Below, piece after piece: positions 38,877-46,790 of a stretch of 64,000 nucleotides of DNA. The stretch covers positions 4,181 to 68,180 of the forward strand of contig JAMNXU010000022.1 of NCBI GenBank assembly GCA_023623175.1. Reading direction: 5' to 3'. The notes beneath the pieces were generated by a model, which saw only the letters and a program-made list of their open reading frames with translations, did not search any database and was not told where the DNA came from. Within the stretch, counting starts at the first letter, position 1; every line of letters begins with the position of its first letter. Position numbers and translations under genes: made by a program. This DNA is from Bacillota bacterium. Its GTDB lineage: Bacteria > Bacillota > Clostridia > Acetivibrionales > JAMNXU01.

Positions 38877-39397
38877 TCAGGATTTTCCGAAAAAGATACA
38901 GAAGGCGAAAGAAGGTCAGATTTGGCAACCTGCAGCATATAGGGACCGTCTGCGTTGCAGTGGTAATAGCCTGTGCGCTGCTCGGAGTTGCCTATGCCGT
39001 GTGGAACCAGTCCTTCGACATTTTCAGTTCAATAAGCACGGGCAATATCAGCATTGCCATAAGGGATATAAATGTCGAAAGTTCAGATGATTACGAAACA
39101 TTTTCGTTTAATCCGATAAGGCAGGGAAATGTTGTAAGGGATGTGGAAATTAACGTGGTGACCGAATCAAATCCTTTCAACATGATCCTTGTTTTTACTG
39201 TCGAAAACAACGGAACCGTACCCGTGGTCTGCGAGGGAATCGACAACAGCGCAGGAAATGAGGTTGATGTTTTGCTTCTCGAGGCTCCGGCGAAAATTGA
39301 GCCGGGGCAAACGGGCAGCATCAGGGTGAAGCTTGCCAGGGGTTATTGTGCAGACTTTGAGTTCAGTTCCTTTGTTCGTTTCAAGCAGGCCACATAG
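38873..39397 (+). CDS. TasA-like secreted protein, paralogue 3 (short)
   Basis: An ATGA overlap with paralogue 2 suggests coupling. It has a basic N-terminus followed by CALLGVAYAVWNQSF, and the STGNISIAI, FTVENNGTVPV and IEPGQTGSIRVKL motifs. Confidence 0.55.
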   Translation: MIRIFRKRYRRRKKVRFGNLQHIGTVCVAVVIACALLGVAYAVWNQSFDIFSSISTGNISIAIRDINVESSDDYETFSFNPIRQGNVVRDVEINVVTESNPFNMILVFTVENNGTVPVVCEGIDNSAGNEVDVLLLEAPAKIEPGQTGSIRVKLARGYCADFEFSSFVRFKQAT

Positions 39398-39469
39398 ATG
39401 TGAAAAAAGTCCAGGAGTTGATGAGGTATCAGCAGATATATCGGCAAAATTGCAATACTTGCATTTGCA

Positions 39470-39994
39470 TTGACATTCAGTCTCATATTTACATGTGTGG
39501 CCGTCGCATTGTGGAGAGACGAAAGCGAGGTACGGTTCAGGCTGACAATTTCCGCCCCTGAGCCGCAGGGCGGGAACTGCGGGTGCGGTGAAATTACTTC
39601 AGTTCCGCAGGGCATACAGATGCTCACGGACACGTACAATTGCATTAAAAACATGCTTCACGGTTACGGTCTTCAGCTGGAAGCGCGCATTGAAGTAATA
39701 ACCGCCATGCCTTCCGGCAGCATGACACAATCGCAGCTGCTGGCGGAATACCACCAATACCTGGATGAGATAAATGAATTCAGGAAAGATATCAACCGGT
39801 TCGGCAACTGCATTAACAAGCTGGCCGCGTTTTTCAGCAAGCTGACGTGGCAGGAGAAACAAGAATATCCTGATTTCTGGGACAGGCACCAGGAATTGTG
39901 GGATATGGCCGACGACCTGTGGAACATAAGGGAAGGCCTTTACGACCTGGCCCATGATCTGTATGAAGCAGGAAAAAAGAAAATCCAAAAATAA
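39470..39994 (+). CDS. hypothetical N-terminally anchored helical protein
   Basis: This 525-nt ORF encodes a hydrophobic N-terminus and a helical, heptad-like C-terminal part. It has no canonical start with an RBS (see findings). Confidence 0.4.
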   Translation: MTFSLIFTCVAVALWRDESEVRFRLTISAPEPQGGNCGCGEITSVPQGIQMLTDTYNCIKNMLHGYGLQLEARIEVITAMPSGSMTQSQLLAEYHQYLDEINEFRKDINRFGNCINKLAAFFSKLTWQEKQEYPDFWDRHQELWDMADDLWNIREGLYDLAHDLYEAGKKKIQK

Positions 39995-39995
39995 G

Positions 39996-40631
39996 TTATG
40001 TACGATCATCCTTTAGCCTGTTTATGTATAATGCGGCCTGGGTGCGGTCATCAAGGCCGAGCTTGGCAAGAATGCTGCTGATGTGTTTTTTCACGGTGTT
40101 TTCGCTTATAAACAGTTTTTCCGCGATGCTTTTGTTGGAAAGCCCTTTGCCCAGGCATTCCAGGACTTCTATTTCACGCCGGGAAAGACTCTCCATGCCT
40201 TCGGCGCCCTTGGAGTGCTGCTGACTTTGGAGACCGCCCTGTTCAACAAAGGCAGGGTCAAAGTATTTTCTTCCTCTTAAAACGGTTTTTAAGGCGTAAA
40301 CTATATCCTCGGGAAAGGCGTCTTTGAGGATATAACCGTCGATCCCGACCTCAAGGGCCTTTTCAAAGTCCCGGGAAGAAGAAGAGGAGGAGAGGATTAC
40401 AAATTTCGAGCCCAGATTTTTTGATTTAGCGGCGGAAATGAAGTCCAGTCCGCTTTCGTTTTTCAACCGCATATCCACCAGGACAAGGTCAAAATACTGT
40501 TCGGACAGGCGTTCCAGTGCGGTGCGGACGTCGTTGGCCTGTTCCACCGTTTTGATGTCGGCCTCCGAGATCAGTATATTTTTAATTCCGCTGCAGACAA
40601 GCGGATGATCATCCACTATTAAAACATTCAT
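39996..40631 (-). CDS. NarL/LuxR family response regulator
   Basis: The receiver domain reads MNVLIVDDHPLV...DLVLVDMRL. The LuxR HTH reads LSRREIEVLECLGKGLSNKSIAEKLFISENTVKKHISSIL. Confidence 0.9.
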   Translation of the reverse strand: MNVLIVDDHPLVCSGIKNILISEADIKTVEQANDVRTALERLSEQYFDLVLVDMRLKNESGLDFISAAKSKNLGSKFVILSSSSSSRDFEKALEVGIDGYILKDAFPEDIVYALKTVLRGRKYFDPAFVEQGGLQSQQHSKGAEGMESLSRREIEVLECLGKGLSNKSIAEKLFISENTVKKHISSILAKLGLDDRTQAALYINRLKDDRT

Positions 40632-40775
40632 AAAACCGCCCCCAACCGTTTTCCTGAATTTATTATACCTTTCGGCAGGAATGTATACAACCTGTCGAAA
40701 AAAGTTCCGAGAAAAGGGCGGTTATTGAACGAAAGTGTTTATTTTAGCTTGACTATTTTGTAAAAATGATAAAAA

Positions 40776-42440
40776 ATGGATATGGGACAAGTTAATACGC
40801 TTTTATCAATGCAGTACGGCAGAAAATTAAAGATAATTGATTGGTTTTGGGGTAATGAATCGGTGAGAAGTTATTCGGGTGCATTTTTTATACCATGTGT
40901 TTTTAATACTGCTGTTGGGGCATTTGTTTGGACCGCTGATGCAGGATCCTGGGTCGTCTTATTTTTACTCCTGTTTTTTGCCCTGTTGAGCATTGCACTG
41001 TTTGCAGCTCTGATTCGGTTGAAGGACAGGAAAAAGGAAACTGAAACACTCAACGATTTGCTTACCGGCATGCTCAATTCCATTAATGATGGCGTTATGG
41101 TCGTCAATCCTGAAGGTAAAGTGACCATGCTGAACAGGGCCGGGGAAATTCTGACGGGCAGGACGGCAGAACTTGCTCTGGGTATGCATTACAGGGATGT
41201 TTTTGTTTTAAGATCTGAAACTGGCGACGACGATGTGGAGGACCCGGTCGAAAAGGTATTTAAGACGAATAAGAGTCAGAAATTGGAATCGAGCGCCGTC
41301 CTGGTTTCCGCACACGGGAAGAGGTATGATATTGAGGCCGATGCCGCGCCGATCGGGGACAATAAGAGCAGTAACGCAGGTGTTGTGCTTGTTTTCAGGG
41401 ATATAACCGAAAAGAAAGAGCAGGACAGGAGAATAGAGTATTTAAGTCAGCACGATTCCTTAACAGGCCTCTACAACCGCATGTTTTTTGAAAAGGAAAT
41501 CAAAAGGCTCGATAACGAGTCCAATCTTCCCATTTCAATAATAGTTGGCGATGTAAACGGATTGAAGCTTACAAACGACATCTTTGGACATGATGCCGGC
41601 GATCAGCTTCTGGTTATGGCGGCGGAAGTATTTAAAAAGGTCTGCAGACCCGGGGATATAGTCGCGCGCGTAGGGGGAGACGAATTTTATATTCTGCTGC
41701 CCGGGACCGATGGGAGCGAGGCAATGAAATTAATATCGAAAATGAAGCAACGGTTTTCAAAAAGAGTAGTCAGAGCGGTCAGGGGCAGCATATCCATGGG
41801 TTGCGCCACTAAAACCTCTGCAGGGGAAGACATCATCCAGGTGATGAAAGACGCCGAAAGAATGATGTACATGGCAAAAACCCTTGACAGGGAAGATGTA
41901 AAGAGATCCACGTTTAAGAATATTCTGGAAATTTTTCATAAGAACAGTCCCCAGGAAAAAGAGCATGCGAAAAATGTCAGCATGATCTGCGAAAAGATCG
42001 GAAAAGCTATGGGACTGTCGCAGGGTGAATTGAAAAGGCTCAGGGAAGCCGCGATGTTCCATGACATTGGAAAAGTCATACTGGATGAAAGCCTGCTTGA
42101 CAGGACTGTAAAGCTTACGGGACGTGAAAAGAACGAAATGAAACATCATCCTGTCACTGGCCACAGGATCCTGTATTCCTTTGATAATACCCTGGATTTG
42201 GCTGAGCCGGTTCTCGCGCACCATGAAAGATGGGACGGGAAGGGATTCCCAAAGGGACTTAAAGGGGAGGAGATTCCCAAACTCGCCAGAATCATAGCCG
42301 TTGCCGAAAGCTACGATACGATTTTGAACAGGCTCGGCACTGGCGCAAACACGGAAGAAGCCATCAACATATTAAGGCAGCAGGCCGGAACCAAGCTCGA
42401 TCCCAATATTGTCAACGTGTTTGTAAGCATACTTAACTGA
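40776..42440 (+). CDS. membrane PAS-GGDEF-HD-GYP protein (c-di-GMP synthase/phosphodiesterase)
   Basis: It has two N-terminal TM segments and a PAS region. The GGDEF motif is intact (RVGGDEFYILL), with RPGD placed five residues upstream (an I-site). The HD-GYP part reads FHDIGK...HHERWDGKGFPKGL. Confidence 0.9.
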   Translation: MDMGQVNTLLSMQYGRKLKIIDWFWGNESVRSYSGAFFIPCVFNTAVGAFVWTADAGSWVVLFLLLFFALLSIALFAALIRLKDRKKETETLNDLLTGMLNSINDGVMVVNPEGKVTMLNRAGEILTGRTAELALGMHYRDVFVLRSETGDDDVEDPVEKVFKTNKSQKLESSAVLVSAHGKRYDIEADAAPIGDNKSSNAGVVLVFRDITEKKEQDRRIEYLSQHDSLTGLYNRMFFEKEIKRLDNESNLPISIIVGDVNGLKLTNDIFGHDAGDQLLVMAAEVFKKVCRPGDIVARVGGDEFYILLPGTDGSEAMKLISKMKQRFSKRVVRAVRGSISMGCATKTSAGEDIIQVMKDAERMMYMAKTLDREDVKRSTFKNILEIFHKNSPQEKEHAKNVSMICEKIGKAMGLSQGELKRLREAAMFHDIGKVILDESLLDRTVKLTGREKNEMKHHPVTGHRILYSFDNTLDLAEPVLAHHERWDGKGFPKGLKGEEIPKLARIIAVAESYDTILNRLGTGANTEEAINILRQQAGTKLDPNIVNVFVSILN

Positions 42441-42453
42441 GACCTATATTTAG

Positions 42454-42488
42454 TCAGCGGGCAGTTGACAGATTGCTCGCTGATTTTT
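42454..42488 (+). terminator. terminator after the GGDEF/HD-GYP gene
   Basis: TCAGCGGGC pairs with GCTCGCTGA (one mismatch), followed by TTTTT. Confidence 0.55.
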
Positions 42489-42500
42489 GTCTGGTTAAGC

Positions 42501-42562
42501 GGGACAAGGGAACCGTCCCCGTGTCCCAGCTAATTGGGACAGGAGAACCGTCCCCGTGTCCC
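42501..42562. repeat. two copies of the dispersed 27-nt repeat
   Basis: GGGACAAGGGAACCGTCCCCGTGTCCC lies at 42501-42527 and GGGACAGGAGAACCGTCCCCGTGTCCC at 42536-42562. The second copy ends 1 nt before the LysR stop codon. Confidence 0.9.
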
Positions 42563-42563
42563 G

Positions 42564-43460
42564 CTAACCGTGTACAAGGCCTTCCCTGATCAGTTCTGAA
42601 AATTTCCGGGCGCCGGGAGCCAGCGGTACGCGCTTCATGTAGCAAAGTCCCATATAGCGTTCCGGGATGTTTTCCACGAGTGGCACTTCAAAAATTGTCT
42701 GGGCTTCAAGGGCTTCCAGCGAAAATTCCCTGATCACGCAGGAAATGCCAAGGTTTATTTCCGCGAGCGAAATCAGAAGGTCATGGGAGCCCAGTTCTAT
42801 CTGCGGGGCGAGCAGTATGCCCCTGCTCAGCAGAAACTGTTCCACGTAGCGGCGGGAATTCGCTTTGCGTTCAAGAAATATCAGCGGCAGCTGAGCCAGC
42901 TCCTGGAATGTCAGCGGATGATCGATTTTATCCCTGTACGCAGGACCGGCCACGAATACGTCATGTATGGCCATGCAGGGTTCCGACTGAATTGCCGGAT
43001 CATCAACGGGCAAATTACACAGAGCAATGTCAATCTCGCCGTTCTTCAAAAGTTCGCAAAGTTCAAGCGAAGTTCGGTTCACCAGGTTAAGACTGACATC
43101 GGGGTATAGCTTGTGAAATTTGTCAAGGAAGGGAAGGAGGAACAGCTTGGTGGCTGTATCTCCTACGCCGAGCCTCAGTTCGCCCGACAGGAGGCCCTGC
43201 ATTTCATAAAGTTTTTGTTCGCCGGTTTCAAGGAGATTTATGGCGGTACGAGCATATTCATAAATCAACCTGCCTTCCTGGGTAAGGGACACACCCCTGG
43301 GAGTCCTGTTAAACAACCTTATTCCGAGGGATTTTTCCAGCTGGCTGATGCTCTGGCTTACCGCAGGCTGGGTCATGAACAGAGTATTGGCCGCCCTGGA
43401 TATGCTTCCCGAGTGGGCTACTTCGCAAAAAACCCTGTATGTATCCAATTTAGCGCGCAT
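42564..43460 (-). CDS. LysR family transcriptional regulator
   Basis: The HTH reads FCEVAHSGSISRAANTLFMTQPAVSQSISQLE, followed by a LysR effector domain. An AGGGGAG RBS precedes the start. Confidence 0.85.
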   Translation of the reverse strand: MRAKLDTYRVFCEVAHSGSISRAANTLFMTQPAVSQSISQLEKSLGIRLFNRTPRGVSLTQEGRLIYEYARTAINLLETGEQKLYEMQGLLSGELRLGVGDTATKLFLLPFLDKFHKLYPDVSLNLVNRTSLELCELLKNGEIDIALCNLPVDDPAIQSEPCMAIHDVFVAGPAYRDKIDHPLTFQELAQLPLIFLERKANSRRYVEQFLLSRGILLAPQIELGSHDLLISLAEINLGISCVIREFSLEALEAQTIFEVPLVENIPERYMGLCYMKRVPLAPGARKFSELIREGLVHG

Positions 43461-43548
43461 ATAAGCTCCCCTTATACTAAATATTCTTAATATTTATTTT
43501 ACTAATACCATAAAATTGTTATATCATGCAAGTAGCGGAGGTGTGTTT

Positions 43549-44739
43549 ATGGAAAGAATTATAGGAACCGTGGCGCGGGGATTGCGCCTGCCCATCGTCA
43601 AACAGGGCGACAACATTGTGGATATGGTGGTGGAAGCCGTAATCAACGCTTCGCGCCAGGGGGGATACAGCATAAAGGATAAAGATGTCGTGGCCCTGAC
43701 GGAATCCATTGTAGCGAGGGCCCAGGGCAATTACGCTTCTGTGGATGCCATAGCGAAGGATATAAGAAATAAGTTTGGCGACAATACCATCGGGGTTATT
43801 TTCCCTATCCTGAGCAGGAACCGTTTTGCCGTTTGTCTCAGGGGCATCTCCAGGGGGGCGCGGAAAATCGTACTGATGTTGAGCTATCCATCCGACGAGG
43901 TGGGAAACCACCTGGTGTCCCTTGACGATTTGGACGAAAAGGGCGTAAATCCCTGGACGGACGTGCTGACCGAGCAGGATTTCAGGAGGCTGTTCGGAGA
44001 CGTAAGACACACCTTTACGGGGATAAATTACGTGGAATATTATAAATCCATAGTCGAGCAATGCGGCACGGAATGCGAAGTGATATTCTCAAACCAGCCA
44101 AAAACGATCCTTGAATATACGAAACACGTGCTGGCCTGCGATATTCACTCCCGTTTCAGGACAAAGCGCATACTGAAGAAACTGGGCGCGGAAACGGTTT
44201 ACGGCCTTGACGATATTCTCAGCGCACCGGTCGACGGAAGCGGCTACAATGAGCAATACGGACTGCTTGGATCAAACAAGGCCACGGAGGACACGGTCAA
44301 GCTTTTTCCGCGCGACGGGCAAAAATACGTCGATGAAATACAGAAGAAAATTGCTGAAAAGACCGGCAGGACAGTGGAAGTAATGATTTACGGGGACGGG
44401 GCTTTCAAGGACCCCGTAGGGCAAATATGGGAACTGGCCGATCCCGTGGTTTCGCCGGCATACACCGCGGGTCTTGAGGGAGCGCCCAATGAAGTCAAGA
44501 TCAAGTACCTCGCAGACAATGAATTTTCCCATCTCAAGGGTGATGAACTCAGGGATGTCATTACGCGGTACATCAAGGACAAGGCACAGGACCTCAAGGG
44601 CTCAATGGTGTCCCAGGGAACGACGCCGAGGCGCCTGACCGACCTGTTAGGCTCCCTGAGCGACCTCGTGTCGGGAAGCGGCGACAAGGGCACGCCGGTT
44701 GTATATATCCAGGGATACTTCGACAATTACGCGGAATAG
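43549..44739 (+). CDS. coenzyme F420-0:L-glutamate ligase (CofE)-like family protein
   Basis: The start at 43549 has a GGAGG RBS. The N-terminal part (RLPIVKQGDNIVDMV...VALTESIVARAQGNY) resembles the CofE/COG1478 fold. This assignment is from memory. Confidence 0.45.
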   Translation: MERIIGTVARGLRLPIVKQGDNIVDMVVEAVINASRQGGYSIKDKDVVALTESIVARAQGNYASVDAIAKDIRNKFGDNTIGVIFPILSRNRFAVCLRGISRGARKIVLMLSYPSDEVGNHLVSLDDLDEKGVNPWTDVLTEQDFRRLFGDVRHTFTGINYVEYYKSIVEQCGTECEVIFSNQPKTILEYTKHVLACDIHSRFRTKRILKKLGAETVYGLDDILSAPVDGSGYNEQYGLLGSNKATEDTVKLFPRDGQKYVDEIQKKIAEKTGRTVEVMIYGDGAFKDPVGQIWELADPVVSPAYTAGLEGAPNEVKIKYLADNEFSHLKGDELRDVITRYIKDKAQDLKGSMVSQGTTPRRLTDLLGSLSDLVSGSGDKGTPVVYIQGYFDNYAE

Positions 44740-44853
44740 AAAAATGGTAAAGTTAAAAAATAATATTGCCCAAAAATATAAGTCTATATCAAGGTGCAAA
44801 CCAGTAACAAATAGTGTGGGAATACAGGGAGCTGTTTGGTGAAAAAAAGTTTT

Positions 44854-44881
44854 GGCTGCAATCAAGTTGCAGCCTTTTTTG
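44854..44881 (+). terminator. rho-independent terminator
   Basis: GGCTGCAA pairs with TTGCAGCC, followed by TTTTTTG. Confidence 0.7.
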
Positions 44882-45076
44882 ATTTGCCTCTTTTGATTTG
44901 ATTTAGGAGCAGTCACACCGAATACTTTTTTCCCCGTGGAAAAATATAATAGTGGAATTAAATAAACCATGGCAGTGTCATTTTTTCAAAGTTTGCCGTG
45001 GTATTGATTTGCAATGCAGCATTGATCTGATTTACTATGCACCATTGATCAATGCGGGTTTTCGGGGGATGCCAGG

Positions 45077-46744
45077 TTGAGTGATACAAAATTTGTTGAT
45101 GCCAAATTGAATGACACGAGGAAAAAGGTCTATGTATTCGGGCATAAAAATCCCGACACCGATTCAACATGCGCCGCGATAACCTATTCTTACCTGAAAA
45201 ATCAGGTAGACGGCGAGAAGGTATATATCCCGGCCGTTTTGGGCGACATAAGCGCAGAATCATCTTTTGCCCTCGAGTATTTCGGCGTTGAAAAGCCGGT
45301 GAAAATTGACAGCCTGAAACCCAGGGTGAGCGACATGGTCCTGGAAAAAGTGGAACCGGTCCATATAACGGACCCAATACAGGATGTTGTTCAAAAGATC
45401 GTCACCACTGAAGGCAAAACGCTGCCCGTGGTTGATGAACACGAGCGCCTGATGGGCGTAATATCAATAACGGATCTTGTGCCTGCGCTGATTTCCCTGA
45501 GGCAGAAGAATTACATGCGGAAAATGGAGGTACCGTTCCGGAACCTTCTCAAAGTGCTGCAGCTTACAAAAATACAGGGCAGCCTGGATGAGGACACATT
45601 CAGGGGAAGTGTATACATTTTCAATGATTTGACATATTACCAGCGCATTTCGCGAAACGGCCTGATCATATGCAATCGCCATGAATACGGCAAGGGTTTC
45701 ATATTTTCCCTTGAACCCAGGTACATAATTGTAGCCGACGTGGAAGACCCCTCGATGCTTGAAACCGCGCCCGGTTATGACGGAGTTGTATTCACATCGG
45801 TGAAAAACATATATGAGCTGGTCCAGGCTTTAAACCTGGCGCTGCCGGTCTACGACCTTGTAAAGAAGGAAAACCTGGAGTATTTCACTCTTTCGGAGGA
45901 CGTGGAAGATGTGCGTAAAAACATGCTGACTTCTCGTTACAGGAGGTTCCCTGTTGTTGACGAACATGGGATTGTCGCGGGAATGATTTCGCGAAGCAGT
46001 CTAATGGATATCAACCTGAAGGAAGTCATCCTGGTGGACCACAACGAAAGAGGCCAGTCCATCGACGGAATCGAGACCAACAGGATCCTGGAAGTTATAG
46101 ACCACCACAGGATAGCGGATTTTCAAACCATGGCTCCGCTTTATTACCGCTCGGAACCCGTCGGCAGCACCAACACAATAATATGCAAGATATACAGGGA
46201 GAAGGGAATTAAAATACCAAGGGCCATGGCTGGTCTGATGCTCAGCGGAATACTGTCCGACACGCTGATCTTCAACTCGCCGACTTCAACACCCGAAGAC
46301 AGGCAACTGGCTGAGCAACTGGCTGAAATAGCCGGAGTCAACCTGTATGAGTACGGACGACTGATGATTTCGAAAGGAGAAAACCTTGCCGATACCGAGC
46401 CGAAAACAATCATAGAAAGGGACATGAAGAAGTTCACCATGGGGAAATACAGGGTTTCCGTATCCCAGGTCAATGTCGGCGATATAGAAGCGTTTTACAA
46501 AATATTCGACCGGCTCTTTGACGAACTGGAATCAACATGCAGGGAAAATGGTTTTGATCTTGCCGTTTTAATGCTCACAAGCCTTGTGGCGGGCGGTACG
46601 GAGCTTTTGGCGGCAGGAGAAGCAAAATGGCTTGCGGAAGTGGCATTCGGTCTCGAAAAAGGCAGGATGCATATATTTAAAAAAGGCATGTTTTCACGAA
46701 AAAAACAGGTGGTGCCGAGATTAATGGAGGCGGCTTACATGTGA
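45077..46744 (+). CDS. ppaC: CBS-domain family II (DHH/DHHA2) inorganic pyrophosphatase
   Basis: It has the DHH motifs GHKNPDTDS, DHNE and DHHR, with a CBS pair inserted between them. The TTG start has GGGGGA upstream. Confidence 0.8.
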   Translation: MSDTKFVDAKLNDTRKKVYVFGHKNPDTDSTCAAITYSYLKNQVDGEKVYIPAVLGDISAESSFALEYFGVEKPVKIDSLKPRVSDMVLEKVEPVHITDPIQDVVQKIVTTEGKTLPVVDEHERLMGVISITDLVPALISLRQKNYMRKMEVPFRNLLKVLQLTKIQGSLDEDTFRGSVYIFNDLTYYQRISRNGLIICNRHEYGKGFIFSLEPRYIIVADVEDPSMLETAPGYDGVVFTSVKNIYELVQALNLALPVYDLVKKENLEYFTLSEDVEDVRKNMLTSRYRRFPVVDEHGIVAGMISRSSLMDINLKEVILVDHNERGQSIDGIETNRILEVIDHHRIADFQTMAPLYYRSEPVGSTNTIICKIYREKGIKIPRAMAGLMLSGILSDTLIFNSPTSTPEDRQLAEQLAEIAGVNLYEYGRLMISKGENLADTEPKTIIERDMKKFTMGKYRVSVSQVNVGDIEAFYKIFDRLFDELESTCRENGFDLAVLMLTSLVAGGTELLAAGEAKWLAEVAFGLEKGRMHIFKKGMFSRKKQVVPRLMEAAYM

Positions 46745-46750
46745 AAAGAG

Positions 46751-46778
46751 AAAGCCAATCGGATTTGATTGGCTTTTT
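46751..46778. terminator. bidirectional terminator
   Basis: AAAGCCAATC pairs with GATTGGCTTT as a perfect stem, followed by TTTTC. It lies between the convergent ppaC and ymaF-like genes. Confidence 0.75.
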
Positions 46779-46790
46779 CGGATACTCAAT

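Noticed and set aside
42454-42645. 63-aa ORF on the minus strand spanning the repeat pair
   Set aside because: It overlaps the 3' end of the LysR gene and the repeat units, and it shows the same repeat-derived peptide (GTVPLS, GDGSPVP).
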